A DNA stretch of 64,000 bases from positions 1-64,000 of the IMG/VR virus record IMGVR_UViG_3300045988_166693; one strand, written 5' to 3'. A model generated the notes under the pieces. That model saw only the letters and a list, made by a program, of their open reading frames with translations. It was not told where the DNA came from and did no database searches. This DNA comes from a virus. A program made the translations under genes and the position numbers. Below are positions 8,020-17,231 of the stretch, in pieces; within the stretch, counting starts at the first letter, position 1; the number at the start of each line of letters is the position of its first letter.

Positions 8020-8679
8020 TTATTCCTCCTCTTCCTGTTGTGTGAAATCGTCCCGGTTTACTTCATCGTATTCCTCGTCCTGAGCGTTTTGTCCCTCGCT
8101 TACATATACGCCTTCGTCGTCTTCCACCATCTCCTGCCACTGGTCGAGCTTCACGCCGTATTTCTTTCTCAGGCGGCGCATTTCCTCGCTGTCGTGCCCG
8201 GTTTTGTTCGGGAATTTCTTCTTTACATCCGATGTAATGACTACCGGCATGCGTATCAGTTCGTCGCCCAGTTCCTCCGGTGTTTCCGGCTGATCCAGAC
8301 GGTCAATCTTGGTGAGCAGGCTGGCACCGTTGTACACCGCTTTCATGTCGCCCGTATCGGCTCCGTTGCGCATCATCAGGTCGGCGGCGTGGCGCACCTT
8401 CATTGAGGAAATGTTTCGCTGTCCCTTGGCGTAGAATGACGAAATGAAGTCTATCACTTTCAGGTCGCCTCCCAACTGACTGTACGTTCGTTTCCACCGG
8501 TTGATGATGTACTGCCGCAGATTCATGAACGGATCCTCCTCAAAGCGCTTGTACGCATCCAGGCAGACTTCCACCCGTTTTTTCTGCTCGTCGGTAAAGG
8601 CCATGTTCTGCCACGGCACACCCGTTTCAAAGTGCTTCCGCAGCAGGTCGTAGAATCGTTGTGCTATTTCGCTTGCCAT
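8020..8679 (-). CDS. Possible terminase small subunit (by position only)
   Basis: 219-aa ORF ending 4 nt before the terL start, with an acidic C-terminus. No diagnostic motif. Confidence 0.3.
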   Translation of the reverse strand: MASEIAQRFYDLLRKHFETGVPWQNMAFTDEQKKRVEVCLDAYKRFEEDPFMNLRQYIINRWKRTYSQLGGDLKVIDFISSFYAKGQRNISSMKVRHAADLMMRNGADTGDMKAVYNGASLLTKIDRLDQPETPEELGDELIRMPVVITSDVKKKFPNKTGHDSEEMRRLRKKYGVKLDQWQEMVEDDEGVYVSEGQNAQDEEYDEVNRDDFTQQEEEE

Positions 8680-8829
8680 AGTTTGTGTTTCCGTGTTGTG
8701 ATCTTATCTTTCTACTATATTCCAATGAAAAACAGATACTTATCGTTTAATGTAAAAATAAGCACATCGAAACATGCTTATTTTTACATCATTCAATGAA
8801 TATGTTCTTATGTACTTCTGTATGAAGAA

Positions 8830-9396
8830 TCATAAAACCTTTTTCGTATGCTCCTTCATCCGAAACATCTCCGCCACATTCTCATACTCTTCCGGAGAAG
8901 TGGTAAGTGTGAACATCTGCATGGCGTTACTGCGCTGGGTGTTCAGGCTTCCCTGAATAACCAGGCTGTGCGATTTGCTTTTCACCGTGACGCAGCGGAA
9001 ACCCACATTGTCCTCACACACCACCAGGCGGCCCGACTGGATAAAATCGCCTAACTGCGTGCGAATCTCCTGACGCTGGTTGAAGGTGGCTCCGGTGGAT
9101 GCCGGCTGCGCCACCAGTATCATTTTGCTGACATCAGCAAAATGGTTCGACGGATTGGTGGGATCGGGCTTCACACGCGAAAGAATGCGCCGGATGGTCT
9201 GTATGAGCTTCACATCGAGGCGCACCATGACAATGCCCATTTCACCGCCGGAACAGTAGCCGGACAGGGTACCCAGCAGATTGCACATGTCCCAGTCGGA
9301 GTAGCTGAAGAAGTTAGCAGCCGTATGCTTCTCGCTGCACTCGTCAATCATTCCTTCCAGCTGCTTGTGATAGCAGCATGGCTCAATTATTCTCAT
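8830..9396 (-). CDS. Hypothetical protein
   Basis: 188-aa ORF. 4-nt start/stop overlap with 9393..10595. Confidence 0.5.
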   Translation of the reverse strand: MRIIEPCCYHKQLEGMIDECSEKHTAANFFSYSDWDMCNLLGTLSGYCSGGEMGIVMVRLDVKLIQTIRRILSRVKPDPTNPSNHFADVSKMILVAQPASTGATFNQRQEIRTQLGDFIQSGRLVVCEDNVGFRCVTVKSKSHSLVIQGSLNTQRSNAMQMFTLTTSPEEYENVAEMFRMKEHTKKVL

Positions 9397-10595
9397 AACA
9401 CACCTCCTTTCATCTGACCTTCGGTCACACTTTCAGTAGGATCTACTTTCTTGCGCGGAGTTTCTGTAGCTTTTTTCGGTTCTTCTGATGCTTTTTGGCG
9501 GTTTTCCGTGGATTCGGCACATTTTTCCTCATTTACGGTACTATTTTCGGCTTTTTCAGCTTTCTTTTCTGGCTTTACTTCCGTTTCTTTCGGTTCCGCT
9601 TTATCGGTGGAAGCTGGCTTTGCTCCTGTCTGTACGGATGCAACCGGAGCGTTTACACCGGGAATGGAGATACCGGCTGCAGTAGCTACTTCTGCCGTTT
9701 TCTTAGGAAGGTTTTCTCCCCACTCCATCAGCTCCTCTATACGAAGGCGAAGCTGTTCCTTGTACTCCTCGGTAATCTTCACGTCGCTGCGGTTAATGTA
9801 TTTCTTGTTTCCCTCCACGCGGGCCTTGCGGCATACTTCCTGCTGGCGTACATCCTTCATGGCCTCTATCTCGGCACGGGTAAAGTCGCCAGGACGTTTC
9901 ATGCTGTCGGCTGTGGAAGTTTCAGGCTCGGTGTAGGTACCGTTAAGGGCTGCATCCACATTGGTCCAGAACGCGCGGATTTTCTGCTCGGAAGCGATTG
10001 CTTTCTGTGCCATGTCGGCACGTGCTTCGTCGCTTACGTTGGGATTTTCGGCCATTACCTCCAGCGTGCCGCGATACTCGGCCAGTTCCAGGTACATGGC
10101 GGAAAGTTCTTTCTCTCCCTTGTCGCGGAGAGATTTCGGCAGCTTATCCTTATAGAGTGCAAATTCTTTCGGTCTGCGTCCGTCCACTTCCTGCTCTTCG
10201 TACTGGCGTGCGGTCATGTTTCCTTCTTCATCGGGCGCACCGTCATCAGGAACAATCGCTTTGTAACGAACGGCGCCAACCGGACCGCGAGTGGCTTTCT
10301 TGGCCAGTCCGGATTTCTTCCGTACTTCCTGCAGGAACAGGTTCATCTTGTTGAGTGCACGGCGGGCTTCATAGCGCTGTACGTCGCGAAGAAAGTCTTT
10401 TGCCTTCACAATGGCCGACACCAGACGGCATCCTTCGTCGAAATCCTTCACGGGCACTTTCATCCAGCATTCGGCCAGCGCCAGCAGTTCCGGAAAAGTT
10501 TCATCTGTCCATCGTTTCACCCGGTCCAGATAATCTTTCTTTTCTTCCTCGTTCATGGTTCTGTAGTCTTTTAAGTATTCTTTTTCTGTAATCAT
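9393..10595 (-). CDS. Hypothetical, highly charged helical protein with low-complexity K/E/T-rich C-terminus
   Basis: 400-aa ORF preceded by promoter copy 2. No portal-like features recognised. Confidence 0.55.
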   Translation of the reverse strand: MITEKEYLKDYRTMNEEEKKDYLDRVKRWTDETFPELLALAECWMKVPVKDFDEGCRLVSAIVKAKDFLRDVQRYEARRALNKMNLFLQEVRKKSGLAKKATRGPVGAVRYKAIVPDDGAPDEEGNMTARQYEEQEVDGRRPKEFALYKDKLPKSLRDKGEKELSAMYLELAEYRGTLEVMAENPNVSDEARADMAQKAIASEQKIRAFWTNVDAALNGTYTEPETSTADSMKRPGDFTRAEIEAMKDVRQQEVCRKARVEGNKKYINRSDVKITEEYKEQLRLRIEELMEWGENLPKKTAEVATAAGISIPGVNAPVASVQTGAKPASTDKAEPKETEVKPEKKAEKAENSTVNEEKCAESTENRQKASEEPKKATETPRKKVDPTESVTEGQMKGGVL

Positions 10596-10622
10596 AACCT
10601 TTGTTTTTCAATTACTTTACCC

Positions 10623-10665
10623 CAAAAGTAGGGAAAACCTATTTGCTGTTGAAGGACACAAAAAA
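10623..10665 (-). promoter_or_regulatory. Conserved phage promoter copy 2 (TTTTTTGTGTCCTTCA-N19-TACTTTTG)
   Basis: GTCCTTCA at 10650-10657, TACTTTTG at 10623-10630 (minus strand), with a 19 nt spacer. Confidence 0.65.
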
Positions 10666-10693
10666 GTCCGGCACCGATTAGCAAGTGCCGGAC
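10660..10693 (-). terminator. rho-independent terminator after 10742..11308, fused to promoter copy 2
   Basis: Perfect 9-bp stem GTCCGGCAC/GTGCCGGAC (10666-10674 / 10685-10693) followed on the minus strand by UUUUUU, which runs into the promoter motif. Confidence 0.75.
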
Positions 10694-10741
10694 TTTTATC
10701 CACATTTTCGTCCGTTTAATATCCTTGAAGCGAACGGGTTA

Positions 10742-11308
10742 TTAACCTCCTCCTTCTTCTTCTTCTTCCTCTGCTTCTGATCTCAGAGTAAGAACTCCTG
10801 CCCAGGTAGTCAGAGAGTAGCGGTTCGGGTTGCTGGTCACTGTTACTGCATGACCGCTGTCTGAATCAGGAGTGGTACCACTGTCGTAGTTGTTGTTCAC
10901 TTCCGTTCCGAAAGTAGGATCGTACACCACATAGTAACCTCCTGCAGGGTTTTCCGCAAAGAAGATAGCGTCACCACGGTTCTTCAGGATGCGGAGCACA
11001 TGGGCTGCGTTTTTAACGTCCTTGTCGATGGTAAACATCAGCTGTACGTTATATCCCTTTGCACCTTCGTTACCTGTTGAAGAAATCTGACCGCTCTGTT
11101 TCTTGATACGGAACTTCCACGCTCCTTTACCAGGAGAAAAAGCAAAAGAAGCTTCAGTAAATGCAGCTTTAGATGCTTCATATTGAGGCTTTGCCGTAAG
11201 GTCTTCCGGATAAGCGACATAAATCTGATTACCGATACCGGCAAACTGTTCTTCACAACCGGCAGCAGCCTGACCAATATCCATTAATTCACATGCCATT
11301 TCTGCCAT
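10742..11308 (-). CDS. Structural-module protein, tandem paralog 2 (188 aa, EAEEEEEEGGG tail)
   Basis: Near-identical to 11340..11882 over most of its length. Differs in residues ~38-60 and at the C-terminus. Confidence 0.7.
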   Translation of the reverse strand: MAEMACELMDIGQAAAGCEEQFAGIGNQIYVAYPEDLTAKPQYEASKAAFTEASFAFSPGKGAWKFRIKKQSGQISSTGNEGAKGYNVQLMFTIDKDVKNAAHVLRILKNRGDAIFFAENPAGGYYVVYDPTFGTEVNNNYDSGTTPDSDSGHAVTVTSNPNRYSLTTWAGVLTLRSEAEEEEEEGGG

Positions 11309-11339
11309 AGTCTCTCATGTTTTATCGTTTGTGTAATAG

Positions 11340-11882
11340 TTATTCCAACTCCGATTTGATAGTCAGAGTTCCGTCCCAGGTAGTCAGGGAGTAGCGGTTC
11401 GGGTTGCTGGTAACAGTTACTGCATGACCGCTATCAGAATCCGGAGTAGTTCCACTGTCGTAGTTGTTGTTCACTTCCGTACCGAAAGTAGGGTCGTAGA
11501 CTACGTAATAACCTCCTGACGGGTTTTCTGCAAAGAAAATAGCGTCACCACGGTTTTTCAGGATGCGGAGCACATGAGCTGCGTTTTTCACGTCCTTGTC
11601 GATGGTAAACATCAGCTGTACGTTGTATCCTTTTGCCCCTTCGTTACCTGTTGAAGAAATCTGACCGCTCTGTTTCTTGATACGGAACTTCCAGGCTCCT
11701 TTTTGGGGCTTGAATGTAAACGCACCTGTAGCAAAAGCAGCTTTATTCTGATCATAAGTAGGCGGAGATGCCAGATCTTCCGGGTAGGCTACATATATCT
11801 GATTACCGATACCGGCAAACTGTTCTTCACAACCGGCAGCAGCCTGACCAATATCCATTAATTCACATGCCATATCTGCCAT
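11340..11882 (-). CDS. Structural-module protein, tandem paralog 1 (180 aa)
   Basis: Directly downstream of the major capsid gene. Shares long identical blocks with 10742..11308 (MACELMDIGQAAAGCEEQFAGIGNQIYVAYPEDL; GAWKFRIKKQSGQISSTGNEGAKGYNVQLMFTIDKDVKNAAHVLRILKNRGDAIFFAENP...). Confidence 0.7.
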   Translation of the reverse strand: MADMACELMDIGQAAAGCEEQFAGIGNQIYVAYPEDLASPPTYDQNKAAFATGAFTFKPQKGAWKFRIKKQSGQISSTGNEGAKGYNVQLMFTIDKDVKNAAHVLRILKNRGDAIFFAENPSGGYYVVYDPTFGTEVNNNYDSGTTPDSDSGHAVTVTSNPNRYSLTTWDGTLTIKSELE

Positions 11883-11964
11883 AATAGTCTGGTTTTAAAA
11901 GTTTGTGTTTGTGTTGTGAAGGCTGCCAAACTTGGCAGCCTGTTTTATCTCAGCGAGCGGGTTA

Positions 11965-13218
11965 TTATTCGCCGTCCGGTTCGAAGATGGCCTGAAGGTA
12001 GGTCGGGTATCCGTTGTAAACGATGTCACGCGGAGAAATTGTTGCACCGTCGCTCCATGCCTTGAAACTGTATCCAGATTCAGCAGCAGGAGTCAGTTTC
12101 ACGGTTTCACCCTTCGTGTAGACATCTTTCTGAGGAGACAGAGTTACCTTACCCCATTCTTCGTTGTTGGAAGTAACGGTCAGGGTATTCTTCTGATAGT
12201 CGCCGTTCAGCTGTTCAATCTGTTCGATAGTACCGTCGCTCACACAGAACTTGGCAGGTGCGATATCCAGAATACGTGCGCCTACGGTTGACTGTACCTG
12301 GAAGATCAGCACGTTCAGATCGTTCGGATCGTGACTCATCATCACCGAGTTCCAGTCGCTTGCACGGTCAAGGCCGAACTGCAGGTTATCAGGAACAGTG
12401 GCAATCATTCGGTTCCCTTTACCGATAATGCCGTGAGTCACAATCTTGATGTTTTCCATTCCCACAAATGAGAATCCGTCACTGCCGGCACTGGTTGTCT
12501 GCAATCCGGTAAACTTACGCATGTAGCTGTGGGTAATGAGTCGTCTTTGCTTGGGAGACATATAGACGATAACTTCTTCTGCATTACGCAGCTGTGGATG
12601 CCATCCTTCCACCCATTCTACAAATGCGTCGAAGTATTCTCCATCCTGAGTTTCGGGGCCGTCATTGATCGGATCACAAGCCACCAGGTTTTTTTCCTTG
12701 CTGGAAATCTTACCCTGATTAATAAGGTTGTTAATGATAGTCCAGTAACCGTTGTACAGACTGAGCGGGTTGTCTTCTCCCAATTCAATGTTACCGAAGA
12801 ACAGGTTGCTCAGGTTATCACCGGCAAACTGCTTACCAATCTGACGAAGGATAAATTCTGTAACCGGTGCATTGTAGGTTCCGTTTGAACCCAGGATGCT
12901 GAACGGCTGCTTTTCGCGGAAGTTCTGCAGGTTTTCATAGTAACGGGCCCAAATCTGGTTCATTACCAGTTTGCTTTCGTCCATGAAACCAAGGGTTGAC
13001 TTCAGCGTAGAACCTTCCTTATAACGGCGGGCTTCACCACCCTTACGACGGAAGATGATCTGAGTCTGTGCGTATTCAATATCCTCAAGAACCTTGATGC
13101 GAAGTTTGTTGAACACTTCCATGTTGTCGAGAACCGGGCTTTCGATGATGTCCGAAGCAAGAATGTCTTTTACATGCGAAACATTCTCTTCACTGAGTGC
13201 GTATAAATTCGTTGCCAT
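11965..13218 (-). CDS. Major capsid protein candidate with a C-terminal Listeria-Bacteroides-repeat-like (Flg_new-like) domain
   Basis: 417 aa, immediately downstream of the protease-scaffold gene, with a CA-rich leader. C-terminal ~65 aa (GKVTLSPQKDVYTKGETVKLTPAAESGYSFKAWSDG...) resemble the GY.F.GW repeat domain. Confidence 0.65.
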   Translation of the reverse strand: MATNLYALSEENVSHVKDILASDIIESPVLDNMEVFNKLRIKVLEDIEYAQTQIIFRRKGGEARRYKEGSTLKSTLGFMDESKLVMNQIWARYYENLQNFREKQPFSILGSNGTYNAPVTEFILRQIGKQFAGDNLSNLFFGNIELGEDNPLSLYNGYWTIINNLINQGKISSKEKNLVACDPINDGPETQDGEYFDAFVEWVEGWHPQLRNAEEVIVYMSPKQRRLITHSYMRKFTGLQTTSAGSDGFSFVGMENIKIVTHGIIGKGNRMIATVPDNLQFGLDRASDWNSVMMSHDPNDLNVLIFQVQSTVGARILDIAPAKFCVSDGTIEQIEQLNGDYQKNTLTVTSNNEEWGKVTLSPQKDVYTKGETVKLTPAAESGYSFKAWSDGATISPRDIVYNGYPTYLQAIFEPDGE

Positions 13219-13261
13219 ATTGTTTGTGTCTGGTTTAGTTTTTGTGTCGTGTTCTTATCTC

Positions 13262-14836
13262 TTATCGTGCTTTGCTGATTTCAGCGTCACGCTTGCGGCG
13301 GGCTTCAGCTTTTTCGGCCCAGCTCATGTTTTCACCGCATACGCTCTGCACATGGAACTGGCCGCTTTCCTGACCTCCGTTGTTGTCTTTCGGCGGGTCC
13401 TGCGGAATAGGTTCAAGCTGTGCCGTTTCGCTCAGTTCCTTGATTTCTGCATCTTTCTGTTCGATGCTCTTCTGAGCATCATTCAGCTTCGCAGTCAGGT
13501 CTTCCGATTCCTTCTTACGAGCGTCCTTCAATGAAGAAACCTCTTTTTCGTGTTCCGCTTTCAGGTTGGCCAGTGCTTCCGCATGGTCTTTCTTCATCTT
13601 TTCAATGGTTGCGTTAAGCTGTTCTACTTCCGTGAGTTTTGCAGCCAGCGTAGATTCCGTCTGTTTGGCTTTCATGACGAACTCTTCTACATTGTCCGCC
13701 ATGCTTTCGTGCATGTAGAAACCGCCGTTTTCTTCGACTACTAGGGAATTAACCTTTGCAGCCGACTGAATAAATGGATAGCTTTTTTCCATAGTTGCTT
13801 GTTTTTGAGTTTGTGATTCTGTTTTATCTGATGCCGGCTGCTCCACAGAAGCCTGTTCCTGTGTTTCCGGCTGCTTCTCTTCCTTGATACCTGCCGATTT
13901 ACTGTCTTCGCGTGATGGCCCGGACGGATTGCCTTGTGGTTTCTGACTCACTCCGGCCAGCTGCTGCACGCGGTTCACACAGAACTTGAAGTCACCCTGA
14001 CCGTCGACCATGGTACCCACCACATCGCCTGCATCGTAGGTTTTTCCGGTCAGCTGGTCGTCCGTCACTCTGGGACGGCGCTCGCGTACCATTTGCTGAA
14101 AATCGGCACAAAGCCGGTTCAGCTCTTCCTTGATGCCTTCGTAGTTTCCCTCGGCCGCGTCGCGGTATTCCTTGTTCTTATAAGGAGATCCGTCGGCGTA
14201 AATCTCAGCGTAGCGCTCCTGGGTCACGGTGTTCACATCGCCGTCCTTGTTGGTAAGCATCGCGCACATGGTACCGATACATCCCACCGTGTCGTGCGGA
14301 TTGGTGAAATACACTTCATCGCACAGGGCCATCAGCGCATAACCGGCACTGCAGGCCATTCCGTCGATGTGACCGACAATCTTCTTTCCTTTTGAGCGGG
14401 CGTAGTTCAGGGCCATCTCGTAATCGTACTTCGCCATGCTGCTTCCGCCCGGGCTGTCCATCTTGATAATAAATCCGATGGTATGCGCATCGTCAGAAGC
14501 ACGCATGATGATGTCCTTGTGCTCCTTGCTTCCGTAGGAACACAGGTCGCCATTACGAAGAATGGGGCCCTGTACGTCGATAACCGAAATGATGCGGTCG
14601 TCTTCTTCCAGATCGTAATAGTAGGTTATCCGGTCGTAATTACCCACGTAGGTTTTCTCCGTAAACCCGTCGCGCGAAGAGAGGAAGTAAGGTCGGTCGG
14701 TCCGCTCGTCCGGTTTCTCGTAAGGACGGTGTGAGGCAATGTTGTCAAGAATCGTTCTCCGGTAAGCATGCAAAGACTCCGGGTAAAAATCCCAGAATCG
14801 CGTAGACATGATTTCGTGAAAAGCTCTCGTTGCCAT
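13262..14836 (-). CDS. S49-family (SppA/ClpP-like) prohead protease fused to a coiled-coil scaffold-like C-terminal half
   Basis: Motifs KMDSPGGS and IDGMACSAGYALMALCDEVY. C-terminal 200 aa are heptad-like and K/E-rich (TLAAKLTEVEQLNATIEKMKKDHAEALANLKAEHEKE...). Confidence 0.85.
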   Translation of the reverse strand: MATRAFHEIMSTRFWDFYPESLHAYRRTILDNIASHRPYEKPDERTDRPYFLSSRDGFTEKTYVGNYDRITYYYDLEEDDRIISVIDVQGPILRNGDLCSYGSKEHKDIIMRASDDAHTIGFIIKMDSPGGSSMAKYDYEMALNYARSKGKKIVGHIDGMACSAGYALMALCDEVYFTNPHDTVGCIGTMCAMLTNKDGDVNTVTQERYAEIYADGSPYKNKEYRDAAEGNYEGIKEELNRLCADFQQMVRERRPRVTDDQLTGKTYDAGDVVGTMVDGQGDFKFCVNRVQQLAGVSQKPQGNPSGPSREDSKSAGIKEEKQPETQEQASVEQPASDKTESQTQKQATMEKSYPFIQSAAKVNSLVVEENGGFYMHESMADNVEEFVMKAKQTESTLAAKLTEVEQLNATIEKMKKDHAEALANLKAEHEKEVSSLKDARKKESEDLTAKLNDAQKSIEQKDAEIKELSETAQLEPIPQDPPKDNNGGQESGQFHVQSVCGENMSWAEKAEARRKRDAEISKAR

Positions 14837-14865
14837 TTTCGTTTGATAATTAATTGATTACATCA

Positions 14866-14906
14866 CGAAATTACGCACGCGCAAAGCGGTAATGAAGGAC
14901 ACAAAA
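14866..14906 (-). promoter_or_regulatory. Conserved phage promoter copy 3 (CTTTTGTGTCCTTCA-N19-TAATTTCG)
   Basis: GTCCTTCA at 14893-14900, the -7-like box at 14866-14873 (minus strand), with a 19 nt spacer. Lies 30 nt upstream of the protease ATG. Confidence 0.6.
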
Positions 14907-15203
14907 GAAAGATTAACCGCGTGAATCACAGATTTATCCGGATGGAAAGCCGGATTTTCTCCGCAAATAAAAACCTGCTAAGAATGAGCATGTTGTAAAA
15001 CACACGGACTTCGCTCGAAAAAAAGAAATTTGCGCCAGACGCAAAGAAATTGACAGATCAGGCCAGCGTGACAATGGAAACGGCCGAAGAAAAATGCGCA
15101 CAAAAAGAAAGGGCCAAAGAAAAAATGCCGCCCCACACACCTTTGCAGGAACGGCATTCCAACGGAAAGAAAAAAAACAATGTATATATATAAGGTGTAT
15201 CAG

Positions 15204-15644
15204 TCAGACCACACGCTGTGCACCGGTCACGTTACGGATGGTGAGTGTGCATGAAATTACGCCGTCGCCTTCTTCATACTGGAACTCATATCCGTCGCTC
15301 ACTGCACGCACAAACATTTCTCCGTCACCGAATGTTCTTACAATCAAATGGTTAGTAGTGTTTTTGAGGGTTTCAAGCTGCAAATAGGTTTCGCGAGTCA
15401 CCCTCTCTATCTCCCAACTCACCGTCACTTCGTAAGAATCGCCGGCCACGCCGGTTTCTGCGCTCTCCTTCAGACTGCCGGATTTCGGTTTCATGTGGAT
15501 GGAAATCTTCCGGTCGCCAGACACGGAAAAATCAGGTTTGTCACTTTTCTTTTCCAGGTTGAACGGGCGGCCAAACGTGATCGCATCGTCCGGATAAGCT
15601 TCAATGACGCCTATCAACTCGTAATAATTCTCGCTGCAATTCAT
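15204..15644 (-). CDS. Hypothetical protein (head module, function unknown)
   Basis: 146-aa ORF upstream of the protease gene. Confidence 0.5.
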   Translation of the reverse strand: MNCSENYYELIGVIEAYPDDAITFGRPFNLEKKSDKPDFSVSGDRKISIHMKPKSGSLKESAETGVAGDSYEVTVSWEIERVTRETYLQLETLKNTTNHLIVRTFGDGEMFVRAVSDGYEFQYEEGDGVISCTLTIRNVTGAQRVV

Positions 15645-15750
15645 AATTTATGTGTTGTTTTGGGGGGTGAAAATGGCGGGGGACAGTCAGGGGGACAAAA
15701 TCCTCCGATTTTTAACTATTATTTAGCGTTATTCATGTATAAATTTTGAC

Positions 15751-16413
15751 CTAAGTGTATGTGAGCGCTGTGTCATTCAGGCTTTCAAGCCATTCTCTTC
15801 GCTTTTCAATATCCGCACTGATACGATTTTTCATACGTTTATAGTAGCGGATCATATTTTCATAATAAAGCATGGGTATATCCATCGCAACCATAAAATC
15901 AGAGATTGCATTTTCACGGGTTGTGCGAATACCTTGAATACGTGCAGAAGTGAAACATTCATCCACAAATTTCATACATTCCACCCAGAACTCCTTTTTT
16001 ACCAGTTTATTGAACTCAACAAATCCGGTATTACTCAACTGCCAGTTGTCAGAAGTATTAACCAATGAGCCTGCACGGAAAATCCTTTCAGGAAGTTGTA
16101 TAGCGATATATTCCTGTTTTTCAGACTGATCCAGTACAAACGACGACGTATGTTCAAACAAATCACACATTTTTTCATTATTGAACATGTGCTGTGAACA
16201 TACATTGGGACTCAACTGAACCATGCTGTAATTGTTTACCAGGTATTGATCAATACAAGTAGAAAGAGGACTCATTAATGGTAAAATGACTACATTTTTC
16301 CCATACCTGCTTCTAAGATATTGTCGCAGATATACACTTAACTTCACATACATGACCGGTGGAGCTATGGACTTTTTATTCGTATTATTCCCTTTCATAG
16401 ACAGATAAATCAA
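15751..16413 (-). CDS. Hypothetical protein (AT-rich)
   Basis: 220-aa ORF, the first gene downstream of the 1 kb control region. No motif recognised. Confidence 0.5.
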   Translation of the reverse strand: MIYLSMKGNNTNKKSIAPPVMYVKLSVYLRQYLRSRYGKNVVILPLMSPLSTCIDQYLVNNYSMVQLSPNVCSQHMFNNEKMCDLFEHTSSFVLDQSEKQEYIAIQLPERIFRAGSLVNTSDNWQLSNTGFVEFNKLVKKEFWVECMKFVDECFTSARIQGIRTTRENAISDFMVAMDIPMLYYENMIRYYKRMKNRISADIEKRREWLESLNDTALTYT

Positions 16414-16576
16414 TTAATCAACAGCAAGTTACGGACTGGGATCAGGAATAATAATTTTCATTATTCAAAAAAAAGTTAACCAAAATGGGGATATTTTGCA
16501 GGAAATTTTAAATCCGGCAATGGCACGCAATTTTTTTGCAAAATTCATATTTAAGCCTATTTATCTGATTATCATA

Positions 16577-16587
16577 TTATTAATAAA
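16577..16587. promoter_or_regulatory. Isolated copy of the TTATTAATAAA palindrome
   Basis: Same palindromic core as the 17232-17332 array, about 165 nt upstream of the 16413 start codon. Confidence 0.4.
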
Positions 16588-16752
16588 GATATAAAACAAT
16601 AAAATATAGATTATTGCCGATTGTTGAACAAATTTGGATTTCATAATTTATATTTTTTCGGAAAGGAATAAACTTCAGGACAGCCAGCTTTTTCTCTTAT
16701 GTCCATTGCGTAGCTCTCTTTGTTATACGGTGAAGTTGGATATAAAGGAAGT

Positions 16753-16823
16753 AGAACGGAAGGGGGAAAAGGAGGCCCAGTCGAACCGCGTTCCGCAGTC
16801 CGACCTTTTCCTCCTTCCGTTCT
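16753..16823 (+). other. Long stem-loop specific to the plus strand (20-bp stem)
   Basis: AGAACGGAAGGGGGAAAAGG (16753-16772) pairs with CCTTTTCCTCCTTCCGTTCT (16804-16823) with one G.U pair, which would be an A.C mismatch on the minus strand. Followed by the direct repeat GGTTTCCTTCC x2. Confidence 0.45.
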
Positions 16824-17009
16824 TTCGGGTTTCCTTCCGGTTTCCTTCCCCATTCGGGCGCTTTTCTGAGGAAATGTTTCGACTGATGACTCCCTCTTTC
16901 CGATGAAAAATAAAAAATTATAGGTTTTTTCAAAAACACGAAAAACAGAAAAGTAAAGCAATTTAACATGATTTTCGATGTAACGTAATGATATACAGAT
17001 GTTTTTAAA

Positions 17010-17026
17010 TTGCAAAAATTTTGCAA
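17010..17026. promoter_or_regulatory. Perfect 17-nt palindrome TTGCAAAA-A-TTTTGCAA
   Basis: Read directly. Further TTGCAAA half-sites occur near 16535 and 17097 in the same ORF-poor region. Confidence 0.4.
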
Positions 17027-17231
17027 ACGGCTGGCAATGCCTGCAATTGGGTGTTTTTGTGGCTTGTAAATGTATGTTATACAGTTGTTTACATCATTGC
17101 AAACGTGTTGTTATGATTGTAAAATATTCTGATTTTAACACCATTTCTGCCATTTGAACCGCGCCGGAATGAAGGCTATGCAGGTCCGAATCAGAGAAAG
17201 GACGGCCAAACACTGGGACAACACACGGGTG

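Noticed and set aside
9495-10574. 359-aa plus-strand ORF opposite 9393..10595
   Set aside because: It is F/L/G-rich antisense translation of a K/E-rich gene. All neighbours and the promoter motif support the minus strand.
9393-10595. Portal protein assignment for the 400-aa ORF
   Set aside because: The size is marginal, and the sequence is a highly charged helical protein with a low-complexity tail. Nothing is portal-like, and no portal could be identified anywhere in this window.
11920-11941. Stem-loop AGGCTGCC-AAACTT-GGCAGCCT after the capsid gene, considered as a terminator
   Set aside because: It is a perfect 8-bp stem, but no U-tract follows on the minus (coding) strand. It may only stabilise or attenuate the transcript, so it is not called as a terminator.
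16775-16800. tRNA-like GGTTCGA on the minus strand
   Set aside because: The flanking bases cannot form a 5-bp T-stem, and no acceptor or anticodon arms could be built. No tRNA is called.
16641-17026. Two overlapping minus-strand ORFs (124 and 109 aa) in the control region
   Set aside because: Their translation comes from the purine-rich repeats and the long stem-loop (GKETGRKPERTEGGKGR...). They overlap each other, and there is no leader or promoter context.
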